A stretch of DNA of 64,000 nucleotides, taken from NCBI GenBank assembly GCA_018712945.1, contig DVFZ01000085.1, positions 3,034-67,033 of the forward strand, read 5' to 3'. The notes beneath the pieces are model-generated. The model saw only the letters and a program-made list of their open reading frames with translations. It ran no database searches and was not told the DNA's origin. The stretch comes from Candidatus Pullichristensenella stercorigallinarum. GTDB lineage: Bacteria; Bacillota; Clostridia; Christensenellales; Aristaeellaceae. Position numbers and translations under genes: made by a program. This document shows positions 36,423-48,650 of this stretch, one piece after another. The first letter of the stretch is position 1. Every line of letters begins with the position of its first letter.

Positions 36423-37576
36423 GCGTCTGGGCGGTAGTGGTCGCGGCGGGGCGTGGGGAACGCGCCGGGTTGGGGGAAAACAAGGTCTTTTATCCCTGCG
36501 GCGGCGTGAGCGTGCTTGGCCGTTGCCTGCGCGCGCTGGAGGAAAGCGCTCTGTTTGATGGCGCCGTGCTCGTGCTCGCTGAGCGCGATCTGGAGGCTTA
36601 TGAGGCGCTGCGCGCCAGGGAAGGCCACGGTATGCTGGTCGCGCGGCGCGCCCTGGGTGGGGCAACGCGGCAGGAATCCGTCTTAAACGGCCTGCGCGCC
36701 CTGCCGGAAGATGCGGAAATTGTCGCCATCCACGATGCGGCCCGCCCCTTTGTGACAGAGGATATCCTGCGCCGCTCCATTGAGCTTGCCCGGCAGACGG
36801 GCAGCGGCGTGGCCTGCGCCAACGTCGTGGATACTATCAAGCAGGTTGGGGAGGATGGAAGCGTCATCACGCTGGACCGCTCCCGCCTGCGCGCCGCGCA
36901 GACCCCTCAGACATTCCGGTGCGCGGAGATCTTGCGCGCCTGTGAGGAAGCTGCCGCGCAGGGCTGGACGGCCACAGACGACGCCGACCTTTATGAACGC
37001 TACTATGGTCGCGTATCGCTCTTTACCGCCCCGGATAGCCCGGGCAACGTCAAACTGACCACAAGGGAGGACTTTATGCGCATGGAAAGCGGGGCATTCC
37101 GCGTTGGCACGGGCTTTGACGCGCACCGACTCAAGGAAGGCCGGCCGCTGGTGCTCTGCGGCGTGCAAGTACCGGCGCAGCGGGGACTGGACGGCCATTC
37201 CGATGCCGATGTAGCGGTTCACGCGCTTATGGATGCCATACTCGGCGCACTGGGCGAAGGCGATATCGGTCGTCATTTTCCCGACAGCGACGATACATAC
37301 CGGGGCATATCCTCCATGCTGTTGCTCTCGCGCGTCATGCGCCTGGCAAGCGAGCGCGGCTTCCGAATTGTCAACGCGGATGTAACCATCGTCGCCCAAC
37401 GGCCCAAACTCGCGCCCTATCTGGAGGGAATGCGCCTGAATATCGCCGAAGCGCTGGATGTGGCACCGGATTGCGCCAACGTCAAGGCCACCACAACCGA
37501 GCGCATGGGGTACGAAGGCAGGGAAGAGGGGATCTCCGCGCAGGCGGCGGTTCTGCTTGCGAAAGGAAGTGTGTAA
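36419..37576 (+). CDS. ispDF: bifunctional IspD/IspF (MEP cytidylyltransferase / MEcPP synthase)
   Basis: N-terminus AVVVAAGRGERAG (IspD). C-terminus FRVGTGFDAHRL...GHSDADV..HA..DA..GA (IspF). ATGA overlap with the S4 gene. Confidence 0.9.
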   Translation: MSVWAVVVAAGRGERAGLGENKVFYPCGGVSVLGRCLRALEESALFDGAVLVLAERDLEAYEALRAREGHGMLVARRALGGATRQESVLNGLRALPEDAEIVAIHDAARPFVTEDILRRSIELARQTGSGVACANVVDTIKQVGEDGSVITLDRSRLRAAQTPQTFRCAEILRACEEAAAQGWTATDDADLYERYYGRVSLFTAPDSPGNVKLTTREDFMRMESGAFRVGTGFDAHRLKEGRPLVLCGVQVPAQRGLDGHSDADVAVHALMDAILGALGEGDIGRHFPDSDDTYRGISSMLLLSRVMRLASERGFRIVNADVTIVAQRPKLAPYLEGMRLNIAEALDVAPDCANVKATTTERMGYEGREEGISAQAAVLLAKGSV

Positions 37577-37579
37577 CGG

Positions 37580-38275
37580 ATGATCGGGATCATCGGCGCG
37601 TTGGATATTGAGATTGAGCGCCTGGTTTCCCAAATGGAACACCCCACGCGCCGCGTGGTAAGCGGCGTGCCCTATGTGCATGGGAGCCTGTTGGGGCGGG
37701 AAGCTGTCGTCGCCCGCGCTGGAATCGGTAAGGTCAATGCCGCCGTGTGCGCGCAGACGATGGCGCTGTATTACGAGCCTGGGCTCATCATCAATAGCGG
37801 CGTTTCCGGGGCGCTTGCGCCTGCGTTGAACGTGGGCGACGTGGTGGTGGGGACGGATGTGGTACAACATGACGTCGATACATCTGCCCTGGGCGATCCG
37901 CCGGGATTTGTTTCCACGGTGAACCAGTTGGCCTTTCCCTTGGATCAGGCCGCCTCAAAGTCAATTCTTGCCGCCGCGCCTCCGCTGGGCATTCGCGCCG
38001 TGGCCGGGCGCATTGCCTCGGGCGACCAGTTCGTCGCTTCCTCCGCGCGCAAGGCGGAAATTGTACGCCTGTTTGCGGCCGCTACCTGCGAGATGGAGGC
38101 CGGGGCCATTGCCCAGGTCTGCCATCTGAATAATATTCCCTGCGCGGTAATCCGCTCGATTTCCGATGGCGGCAACGAAGAAGCAGCCATGTCATATGAG
38201 GAATTTTTGCCTCTGGCGGCAAAAAATTCCGCCAACCTGGTGCTGGCGTATATCCGATCGTTGGATAATTTATGA
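37580..38275 (+). CDS. mtnN: 5'-methylthioadenosine/S-adenosylhomocysteine nucleosidase
   Basis: MIGIIGALDIEIE..., GIGKVNAA, and the EMEAGAIAQVC motif. Confidence 0.9.
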   Translation: MIGIIGALDIEIERLVSQMEHPTRRVVSGVPYVHGSLLGREAVVARAGIGKVNAAVCAQTMALYYEPGLIINSGVSGALAPALNVGDVVVGTDVVQHDVDTSALGDPPGFVSTVNQLAFPLDQAASKSILAAAPPLGIRAVAGRIASGDQFVASSARKAEIVRLFAAATCEMEAGAIAQVCHLNNIPCAVIRSISDGGNEEAAMSYEEFLPLAAKNSANLVLAYIRSLDNL

Positions 38276-38301
38276 ACGATCCGTAAAAACTGCAAAAAGC
38301 C

Positions 38302-38330
38302 TTGATTTTTTGACCATCCTTCGCTATAAT
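38302..38330 (+). promoter_or_regulatory. sigma-A promoter of the ctsR operon
   Basis: TTGATT-17 nt-TATAAT. Confidence 0.65.
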
Positions 38331-38331
38331 T

Positions 38332-38348
38332 AGTCAGAGATGGTCAAT
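38332..38348 (+). promoter_or_regulatory. CtsR operator (direct heptad repeat)
   Basis: AGTCAGA-GAT-GGTCAAT versus the consensus (A/G)GTCAAA-NAN-(A/G)GTCAAA. It lies directly downstream of the -10. An extra inverted half-site TTTGACC is at 38309-38315. Confidence 0.7.
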
Positions 38349-38382
38349 TTATATTGCCCATCTTGGAAAGAGGTGGATCAGC

Positions 38383-38865
38383 ATGGCTCAATTGAGCGAC
38401 TCCATTGAGCAATTTATCAAAGAGCTGATGGACGAGGGGACGCAAATCGAGGTGCGCCGCAACGAACTGGCGCAGCATTTCGGCTGTGCGCCTTCGCAGA
38501 TCAACTATGTGCTGGCGACGCGGTTTTCTGTGGATCACGGCTATATCATCGAATCGCGGCGCGGCGGCGGCGGGTATGTGCGCATTGTGCGCATGCGCGA
38601 ACGCGGCGACGGCAATCTGCTCAACATGCTTTTAAAGCGCGTAGGCAACTCCATCGCCGAGGATAGCGCCTGCGCCATTATCGCGCACCTGCTCGACCGC
38701 AAACTGGTTACGGCCAACGAGGCCAAAATCATGCGCGCGGCCGTGGCGCGCAATGCTCTGGCGTTGCCGGTAAGCGCAAAGGATGTTTTGCGCGCGTCGG
38801 TTTTGAAGAATATGCTGGAGCAGGTATTTCGCAATCTGGAGGGAGGCGAGCGCAATGATGTGTGA
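38383..38865 (+). CDS. ctsR: class III stress gene repressor CtsR
   Basis: SDSIEQFIKELM..., APSQINYVLATRF, and GYIIESRRGGGGYVRI. Confidence 0.95.
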   Translation: MAQLSDSIEQFIKELMDEGTQIEVRRNELAQHFGCAPSQINYVLATRFSVDHGYIIESRRGGGGYVRIVRMRERGDGNLLNMLLKRVGNSIAEDSACAIIAHLLDRKLVTANEAKIMRAAVARNALALPVSAKDVLRASVLKNMLEQVFRNLEGGERNDV

Positions 38866-39430
38866 CGAATGTGGCATCCGGCCCGCGCAGTTTCATTTGA
38901 CAACCATTTCCGGGGAGGAAAAAACAGAGCGGAATCTCTGCCCCGTGTGCATGGCAAAATATCAAAAGCAGATCCCGGGATTGGACTTTTCCAACCTGGC
39001 GGGGTTAATCAGCGGTTTTCTCGAATCCGCGGCGGCAACGCGGGATGGCGAGGAGCAAAGCGATGAATACGCGGAGCTTGCCTGCCCGGCCTGCGGCACG
39101 ACCTACGCCGCTTTCCAAAAAAGCGGCATGCTCGGCTGCGCCGAGTGCTATCAGGCGTTCCGCAAGCCGCTGGAAGGCCTGCTGATGCGCGTGCACGGCA
39201 ACACCCAGCATGCTGGCCGCATTCCCGGCGGCGTCAAAAGCGACGTATCCATCCGCATGAACATCGACCGGCTGCGGCAGGAACTTGTCAAGGCCATCGC
39301 CGCCGAGGAATATGAAGAAGCCGCGCGTCTGCGCGACCAGATTCGCTCCCTCAAGCAACAGCTTGACCCGGCGGAGAAAGCAGAGGCGGCAAATAACGCC
39401 GCCGGAGAGGGGGAAAAGGACAATGGCTGA
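38855..39430 (+). CDS. mcsA: McsA (UvrB/C-motif, zinc-finger activator of McsB)
   Basis: CDECGIRPA...CPVC, CPACG...CAECY zinc fingers and a C-terminal UVR motif EEYEEAARLRDQI. Confidence 0.9.
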   Translation: MMCDECGIRPAQFHLTTISGEEKTERNLCPVCMAKYQKQIPGLDFSNLAGLISGFLESAAATRDGEEQSDEYAELACPACGTTYAAFQKSGMLGCAECYQAFRKPLEGLLMRVHGNTQHAGRIPGGVKSDVSIRMNIDRLRQELVKAIAAEEYEEAARLRDQIRSLKQQLDPAEKAEAANNAAGEGEKDNG

Positions 39431-40448
39431 TTATGTGCAGGCGCCTGAACAGGACGTCGTCATTTCCAGCCGCGTGCGGCTGGCGCGTAACTACCAGGAT
39501 TTGCCGTTTTCCCCGAAGCTGACGCGCGAAGCGGCGGAAGAAGTTGTCTCCCGCGCGCACGAAGCGATGAAGCAAAGCCCGGAAGGCGAAGCGTTTACGC
39601 TTCTGCGCGTAAACGACCTCGGCGACGACGAGCGCCGCCGCCTGGTGGAGCATCATCTCATCAGCTACGACCTGCTCAAATACCCGCAACGCTCAGCGGC
39701 ATTGATCTCCTCCGGGGAAACCGTATCGGTTATGCTCAACGAGGAAGACCATCTGCGCATTCAGGGCTTGTTGCCGGGCATGCAGCTTGAGCGTTCCGCC
39801 CAGTTGGCCTTTACCGCCGACGACGCGCTGGGGGCGCAGAGCGTCTATGCTTTCGACCCTCAGTGGGGCTATCTGACGAGCTGTCCCACCAATGTGGGCA
39901 CGGGCATGCGCGCTTCGGCAATGCTGCACTTGCCCGCCATTTCCGAAAACGGACAGATCGGCGTGATTATGCAGGCTGTGGCCAAGCTGGGCCTGACCGT
40001 GCGCGGCCTGTATGGCGAGGGCAGCGAGGCACAGGGCAACCTCTATCAGCTTTCCAACCAGGTGACGCTGGGACGGAGCGAGGACGACGTCATCCGCTCC
40101 CTGCAGGCGGCCACGGAGCAGATCGTCGGCCACGAGCGCGCTATGCGCGAACGCTCGGAAAAAGAGGATATGTACGCCTTGCAGGACAGGCTGTTGCGCT
40201 CCTGGGGAGAAACCGTCAACGCACGGCTGATGTCCGCCAAGGAATGGATGCGGCGCTATTCAGATATTCGGTATGCCGCCAGCATGGGCTATTTACACGC
40301 GCCATTGCGGGCGCTGGACTGCCTGATGATGGATCTTCAGCCCGGTTCGCTGGCCGTGAAGGCTGGCAAGCTCATCGGCGAGCGCGAAGGCGAGATCCTG
40401 CGGGCGCGTCTTTTGCGCGAGCAGCTTTTGCAGCTCGTCGCCAACTAA
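39423..40448 (+). CDS. mcsB: protein arginine kinase McsB
   Basis: SSRVRLARNYQDLPF and NEEDHLRIQ phosphagen-kinase motifs. 8-bp overlap with mcsA. Confidence 0.95.
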   Translation: MADYVQAPEQDVVISSRVRLARNYQDLPFSPKLTREAAEEVVSRAHEAMKQSPEGEAFTLLRVNDLGDDERRRLVEHHLISYDLLKYPQRSAALISSGETVSVMLNEEDHLRIQGLLPGMQLERSAQLAFTADDALGAQSVYAFDPQWGYLTSCPTNVGTGMRASAMLHLPAISENGQIGVIMQAVAKLGLTVRGLYGEGSEAQGNLYQLSNQVTLGRSEDDVIRSLQAATEQIVGHERAMRERSEKEDMYALQDRLLRSWGETVNARLMSAKEWMRRYSDIRYAASMGYLHAPLRALDCLMMDLQPGSLAVKAGKLIGEREGEILRARLLREQLLQLVAN

Positions 40449-40467
40449 ATGTTTATGGAGGAAACGC

Positions 40468-42920
<2,453 letters not shown>

Positions 42921-42939
<19 letters not shown>

Positions 42940-45353
42940 ATGGGTTCCGCTTCCGCGGGTGGCTCCGTAGCCTCCGCTGGCGTAAGGAATTCTTCGACAC
43001 GCCCTAAAATCCCGCCGGGTGTATAGCGCACCCGCAGGCTTTCCGCCCCCGTCACCAGCTCGCCCTCCTCGTAGAGCAGCGCGTGGCGGGGGATTATGCT
43101 GTATTCATGCGCCTGCGACAAATCCGCATCTGCGTCGGTATATTCAACCACTTCTCCCGCCTCGCCGCGCAGGGCTGCAATTTCCTCCGCGCGCTCGTCC
43201 GTGCGGCGGATGAGGAGGTATTCGGCATTTTCATCGCGCGCGGTAAAGCGCAAAACGGGCGTCTCTCCCGCGGCGCTGACAAGCTCCAAATCTGTCACCG
43301 GTTCGGGCGCGTCCCACTTGTCGCTCACGGTCTGCGGCTCACGGCCCGCGTAGAAAAGCTCGGTCTGCGCATAGCTCTGCGGCGTGCGCTCCGCCGCCAA
43401 GGTTACGGCGTTGTCCTGTTCCAGAGAAAGCGCGTCCACAACCACGCGGCGCAGTGTCGACGGCGTTTCAAAGCTGCCGCGCAGCCATTCCGCGCCTGCG
43501 GAGGACAGAAAACTGGCGCACAGGCGCGCCGGGTAGCTGCTGCCACCCGCCCAGTCGGGCATGACGTGTTCGCTGTCCGGTTCGTCAAAGCCCATCCAAA
43601 CAGCCACGGCCAGTTTCGGCGTATAGGCCACCGTCCAGGCATCGCGGTTGCCGCCGCCCTTCATGCCCACCGTGCCGGTCTTTCCGGCCACGTTTGCGCC
43701 GACGGCGCTCAGGGCGTTGGCGCTGCCGCCCGCGGCGGCGGTTTTCAGCATATCGGTAATCATACAGGCCGTTTCCGCGGATACGGAGCGCGTACCGGGA
43801 TTGTCCGCCTCGTAGAGCACCTTGCCGTCCCGATCGGTAATCTTCCGCACCGTATGCGCTTCCACGCGCGTGCCGCCGTTGGCAAGCGCGCAGTAGGCAG
43901 CGCACAGTTGGGCGGGGGAGACGCCCTCGGTCATGGAGCCGAGCGCCAGGGCGAGGTTTGCGTCGCTGTCGGCGGGCACAATGCCGAAGCGCTCAAGCTG
44001 CGCACGCAGGGCCGCCACGCCGATTTTGTCCGCCAGATCGACCGTAGCTACGTTGAGCGAACGCGAAAGCGCCTCGCGCAGCGTCACCTCGCCGTAATAG
44101 TTGCCGCCGGCGTTGCCCGGTTGATAGCCGCCCGCGAACACACGCGGTTCGTCGCTTATAAAACTGGTGGGCAGGTAGCCATAGCCTTCGATGGCGGCGG
44201 CGTAAGAAGAAACGGGCTTGATGGCGCTGCCGGGCTGACGTTGAATTTGCGTGGCGCGGTTCAGACCCAGGCGCACATCGTAGCTGCGCCCGCCGACGAG
44301 GGCGACGATTTCGCCGTTTTCCACGTTTTCCGCCACCAGCGCTGCCTGCGCGGGCGTGCCGTCGGCGGCAGGATCGGGGAAATTCGCGCCATTTTCAAAC
44401 AGCGCTTCCGCCGCCGCCTGCGCCTCGGGATCCAGCGCGGTATAAATCGCATAGCCGCCCGCCAACAGCTCATCGCGCGTCACGCCGAGAATTTCCTGCG
44501 CTTCCGCCGCCGCCTGGTCGATGTACCAGCCAAATTGCGCGCTCTCCTCGGAAAGATGCAGGGAAAGTTCCTCGCCCTGCGCGCTTTGCGCCTCTTCCTG
44601 CGAAATAAAGCCGCACTCAGCCATTTCGCTTAAAATCAGGTTGCGCCGCTCAACGGCGTTTTCCGGCTCCAGATGCGGCGCATAGTTGCTGGGAGACTTG
44701 ATTACGCCCGCCAGCAGCGCGCCCTCCGCAAGCGTCAATTCGCCTACGTGCTTGCCGAAATAGGCGTTGGCGGCGGCCTCGATGCCATAGGCTCCGCGCC
44801 CAAAATAGACCACGTTGAGGTATCTTTCCAGGATATCCTGCTTGCTCATCTGCCGCTCGAGCTGCAGGGCCAAAATTGCCTCCTGCGCCTTGCGCGAAAG
44901 CGTCTTTTCGCCGCTTAAGTGCGTGAGCTTGATGAGCTGTTGGGTGATGGTAGAGGCGCCCTGCTCCAGGCTCATCGTGCGTATGTCGTGCCATAGCGCC
45001 CCGAACAGGCGCACGATATCCACGCCGTGATGCTCGTAAAACCGCTGATCCTCCGCGGCAATGAAGGCGTTTTGCACGTGTTCCGGAATTTGGCCGAGTG
45101 CCACATAAACGCGGTTTTCACTTCCATACAGGCTGCCGGCGCGATTGCCGCCGGCGTCATAGATGATGCTCGTCTGATTGAGCTGCGTCAACTTTTCCAA
45201 ATCCAGTTTTTCCCAATTCCATGGCTCCAAAACAATCACCAGCGCGGCCAATAAGGCCACGACAGCGCCCAATATGGCCCAACGTACCCATTTTCGCTTC
45301 ACCAATATCCCTCCCGCAGTCGCCGCCGCGACAGGCGTTTGCGTATCTAGCAT
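42921..45353 (-). CDS. class A penicillin-binding protein (PBP1A family transglycosylase/transpeptidase)
   Basis: N-terminal TM segment, glycosyltransferase motifs EDQRFYEHHGVD and RKAQE, transpeptidase SAIKP / KTGT, and a C-terminal extension. Confidence 0.9.
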
Positions 45354-45459
45354 TTCCCAAAGACGGGTATATTAGCCGCTTTTGCCGAAAGTTGTTCGTG
45401 GACGCACACAGCCTTTATGCGTTACAATATATATGGTTCAACGCATTGAGGTGATTGAT

Positions 45460-46983
45460 TTGAAGCGAACCTGGAACATGATCTCTATTGGCTCGATGTG
45501 GCTTCTGCTCACCGGCCTTGTCCTTTCGCTGCTCTCCGGCGGCGGGACGGCGGCGGTGGACACGGCTGCGCGCATCTGCCTGGCCGGTGCGGTAGCGCTG
45601 TTTATCGCCTCGGCGCTGTTGCGGCCGCGTGCCCTTCGTGCAGAGGCGGCGGGGCGTGTCGCGGGCCTGGATCCCGTGAGCGCCGCGCCCGACTGCGGTT
45701 TTCGCGATGTGGCCGCCAACGAGGAAGCGCGCCGCAGCCTGGAAGGACTGGTGGACTACCTCAAAGACCCGCAAAAATACGCGCGCTACGGGGCGCGGAT
45801 GCCGCGCGGCGTGCTGCTCTACGGGCCGCCGGGCACGGGCAAGACATTGCTGGCCCGGGCGCTGGCGGGCGAAGCCGGGGTGCCGTTTTTCGCCTTGTCC
45901 GGATCGGACTTTGTGCAGATGTACGTAGGCGTTGGCGCCAGCCGCGTGCGAGAGCTGTTCAAAAGCGCGCGCAAGGCGGGGAAGTGCGTCATCTTCATTG
46001 ACGAGATCGACGCTATGGCCAAAAAGCGCGACGACCAGTCCTCCGATGAGCGCGACCAGACGCTTAACGCCCTTTTGAGCGAAATGTCCGGCTTCCGGCC
46101 CACGGACGGCGTCATTGTGCTGGCGGCGACGAACCGCCTGGATACGCTCGACCCGGCGCTGCTCCGGCCGGGGCGCTTTGACCGGCAGATCGAGGTCGGA
46201 CTGCCCGGGCGCGAGGAACGCCTCAGCATCCTCCGCCTGCACAGCCGTAACAAACCCCTGGCGCGTTCGGTAGACCTGGAGACGCTTGCTGGCGATACGA
46301 GCTGTTTTTCCGGCGCGTCCTTGGAAAACCTGCTCAACGAGGCGGCCATCTCCGCCGCCGGGCGCGGCGCGGAAGAAATTGAACCCAGCGATATCCGCGG
46401 CGCGTTTTACAAGACAGTGGCAGGCGCGGACCGCAAGAGCACGGCGACGCGAGCGGAAAGGCGCGTCATCGCCGTGCATGAGGCGGGGCACGCGATTGCC
46501 ACGATGGCGCTCACGCCGGAAAACCGCCTCAAGCGCGTCAGCATCCTTCCCGCCGGCGGCGGCGCGGCGGGCTACAATCTCTCAATCCCGCCCGAGCGCA
46601 CCATGTTGGAAAAACGGCATATCGAAAACCAGATTCAGGTATTGCTGGCGGGGCGCGCGGCGGAATTGCTGGTTGGCGGAGAGGAAGCCCTGACCGCGGG
46701 CGCATCCAACGACCTTTCCCGCGCGGCGGAACTTGCCGCGGCCCTGGTGATGGATTTGGGCATGGGCGGGGAACCGGCTGTTTCCCTGCGGGCGCTCAGC
46801 CGCGCCTGCGGCGGTGGAGACGATGCCAAACCCCTTTGCCGCCAAAAGCTCGGCGAATTGTTTGAGCGCGTCAGCGCGCTGTTGCTGGAGCATTCCGACG
46901 AACTTTTACTGCTCACGGAAGCGCTGGTAGAGCGTGAGGCCCTGTCCGGCGAGGAAGTGGAAGCCCTCCTGCGCGCCGCGTAA
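45460..46983 (+). CDS. FtsH-family AAA+ zinc metalloprotease paralogue with very short extracytoplasmic loop
   Basis: [43 protein letters not shown] zinc site. Candidate starts are TTG 45460 (5 nt after GAGGTGA) or ATG 45478. ATG 45433 lies just after a TACAAT box. Confidence 0.8.
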   Translation: MKRTWNMISIGSMWLLLTGLVLSLLSGGGTAAVDTAARICLAGAVALFIASALLRPRALRAEAAGRVAGLDPVSAAPDCGFRDVAANEEARRSLEGLVDYLKDPQKYARYGARMPRGVLLYGPPGTGKTLLARALAGEAGVPFFALSGSDFVQMYVGVGASRVRELFKSARKAGKCVIFIDEIDAMAKKRDDQSSDERDQTLNALLSEMSGFRPTDGVIVLAATNRLDTLDPALLRPGRFDRQIEVGLPGREERLSILRLHSRNKPLARSVDLETLAGDTSCFSGASLENLLNEAAISAAGRGAEEIEPSDIRGAFYKTVAGADRKSTATRAERRVIAVHEAGHAIATMALTPENRLKRVSILPAGGGAAGYNLSIPPERTMLEKRHIENQIQVLLAGRAAELLVGGEEALTAGASNDLSRAAELAAALVMDLGMGGEPAVSLRALSRACGGGDDAKPLCRQKLGELFERVSALLLEHSDELLLLTEALVEREALSGEEVEALLRAA

Positions 46984-46985
46984 AG

Positions 46986-47006
46986 CGTCGAACGCCGTTT
47001 GTCGAA
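46986..47006 (+). promoter_or_regulatory. two Spo0A-box-like heptamers
   Basis: cGTCGAA (46986-46992) and TGTCGAA (47000-47006), compared with the 0A box TGTCGAA. They lie about 40-60 bp upstream of the sigma-H-like -35. Confidence 0.5.
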
Positions 47007-47044
47007 CGGTTTGCGCGCTTCGGCAGGGGTTCTCAAAATTTGAC

Positions 47045-47072
47045 AAAGGAAACGACAGGACAAGCATGGAAT
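47045..47072 (+). promoter_or_regulatory. sigma-H-like promoter of the spoIIA operon
   Basis: AAAGGAAAC-14 nt-GGAAT, compared with the remembered sigma-H pattern RWAGGAxxT-N14-HGAAT. Confidence 0.45.
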
Positions 47073-47116
47073 CATTCCCGGAGAAACATTGCGGCGAAGG
47101 GAATGATTCCATGCTT
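47062..47116 (+). repeat. perfect 18-bp inverted repeat spanning the spoIIAA -10 region and the RBS/start codon
   Basis: AAGCATGGAATCATTCCC (47062-47079), 19 nt, then GGGAATGATTCCATGCTT (47099-47116). The right arm contains the ATG at 47111. Confidence 0.9.
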
Positions 47117-47416
47117 TCCTATGAGAAACACAGGGGCAGGCTGACCGTGCGGCTGGATGGCGAGCTGGACCACGACCGCGTCGGCCCCATCCGTGCGGAG
47201 CTGGACGCGCTCATCAGCGACCCAAAGGTCAAACATCTCGTGCTCGATATGGGGGGCGTGAGCTTTATGGACAGCTCCGCCATCGGCTTGGTCATCGGGC
47301 GCTACAAGGCGCTTTCGCGGCGGGGCGGCCGCGTGTCAGTCGCCCGCACCGCGCCGCGCGTGGACAGGATTTTTGAGATGGCGGGCCTGTATTCGATCAT
47401 TGAAAAACTGGCATGA
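47111..47416 (+). CDS. spoIIAA: anti-sigma F factor antagonist SpoIIAA (STAS domain)
   Basis: 101 aa. The phosphorylatable-Ser motif FMDSSAIGLVIG, immediately upstream of spoIIAB-sigF. Confidence 0.9.
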   Translation: MLSYEKHRGRLTVRLDGELDHDRVGPIRAELDALISDPKVKHLVLDMGGVSFMDSSAIGLVIGRYKALSRRGGRVSVARTAPRVDRIFEMAGLYSIIEKLA

Positions 47417-47430
47417 AAGCGGAGGGGCGT

Positions 47431-47889
47431 ATGAGAATCAAAAACGAAATGCGGCTGGATTTTCCCGCCGCCGGCAAAAATGAGAGCTTTGCGCGGCTGG
47501 TTATCAGCGCGTTCATCCTGCCGCTCAATCCCACGCTGGAGGAACTTTCCGACGTCAAGACCGCCGTTTCGGAGGCCGTCACCAACGCCATCGTCCACGG
47601 CTACGGCGGGGAGGAAGGCACCGTGCGCCTGCACGCGACGCTTTATGAGGACGATACGCTGCGCGTGGATGTAATCGACGCCGGGCGCGGCATCGAAAAC
47701 ATCGAGTTGGCCAGAACGCCCTTTTTCACCACTTGCGACGATGACGCCGAGCGCTCCGGCATGGGCTTTACCGTTATGGAAAGTTTTATGGACGAAGTGC
47801 GCGTCACTTCCAAGATCGGCCGCGGCACCACCGTGCGCCTTGAAAAGCGCCTGCGCGCCTGCGATGCCCAGGACGCGCGCCGCGCTTGA
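47431..47889 (+). CDS. spoIIAB: anti-sigma F factor SpoIIAB (serine kinase)
   Basis: NEMRLDFPAAGKNESFARLVISAF, N-box EAVTNAIVHGY, G1 DAGRGI, G2 SGMGFTVM. ATG 47431 is 5 nt after GGAGG. An alternative ATG at 47413 overlaps the spoIIAA stop. Confidence 0.9.
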   Translation: MRIKNEMRLDFPAAGKNESFARLVISAFILPLNPTLEELSDVKTAVSEAVTNAIVHGYGGEEGTVRLHATLYEDDTLRVDVIDAGRGIENIELARTPFFTTCDDDAERSGMGFTVMESFMDEVRVTSKIGRGTTVRLEKRLRACDAQDARRA

Positions 47890-48614
47890 CGCCGGAAAAG
47901 CACGAAAGCACACAACGGCTTTTGCAAAGCGCCCGGGAGGGCGACATGCAGGCGCGTGAAACACTCGTTCTCGAAAACCTGGCCCTTGTCCGCCACCTGG
48001 TCAAGCGCTTTCAAGATCGGGGGCGGGAATATGAAGATCTCTTCCAATATGGTTGTCTGGGGCTTCTCAAGGCCATCGACCGCTTTGACCCCTCCTTTGG
48101 CACCGCTTTTTCCACCTACGCCGTGCCGGTCATTCTCGGCGAGATCCGACGGTTTTTGCGCGACGACGGCAGCCTGCATGTGGCGCGTTCCATCAAGGAA
48201 AACGCCCGCCGCGTAGAGGAGGAACGCGAAAAAACCGTGCGCGAAACCGGCAAGGAACCGACCGTGGAAGAAATAGCCACCGCCCTGCATCTTTCGCACG
48301 GGGATGTGCTCCTGGCACTAAACGCCCGCCAGGGCGTGCGCTCGCTGGACGCGGCCGTGGATGGAGACGGCGAGCTGTCCCTGAAAGACACCATTGGCGT
48401 GGATTGTATGGAAGAAGTCGAAAAAAGGCTCCTGCTCAGGAGCCTTCTCAAGTCGCTGCCCAAAGAGGACATGCGATTGATTGCAATGCGCTATTTTCAG
48501 CGCCGCACGCAAACTGAGATTGCCAAGGAAATGGGCATTTCCCAGGTACAAGTTTCGCGCATGGAAAGTAAGATTCTCAAACGGTTGCGCGAATATGCAG
48601 AAAATGGTCTGTAA
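47886..48614 (+). CDS. sigF: sporulation sigma factor SigF
   Basis: YEDLFQYGCLGLLKAIDRFDPSFGTAFSTYAVPVILGEIRRFLRDDGSLHVARS. TTG start overlaps the spoIIAB stop. Region 4 HTH QTEIAKEMGISQVQVSRME. Confidence 0.9.
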   Translation: MTPEKHESTQRLLQSAREGDMQARETLVLENLALVRHLVKRFQDRGREYEDLFQYGCLGLLKAIDRFDPSFGTAFSTYAVPVILGEIRRFLRDDGSLHVARSIKENARRVEEEREKTVRETGKEPTVEEIATALHLSHGDVLLALNARQGVRSLDAAVDGDGELSLKDTIGVDCMEEVEKRLLLRSLLKSLPKEDMRLIAMRYFQRRTQTEIAKEMGISQVQVSRMESKILKRLREYAENGL

Positions 48615-48626
48615 TTATCAAACCTT

Positions 48627-48645
48627 AGTCTTTAAAATAAAGACT
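48627..48645. terminator. weak AT-rich hairpin between convergent sigF and the decarboxylase gene
   Basis: 8-bp stem AGTCTTTA/TAAAGACT with a 3-nt loop. This is the only structure in a 36-bp gap. Confidence 0.3.
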
Positions 48646-48650
48646 TTAGT

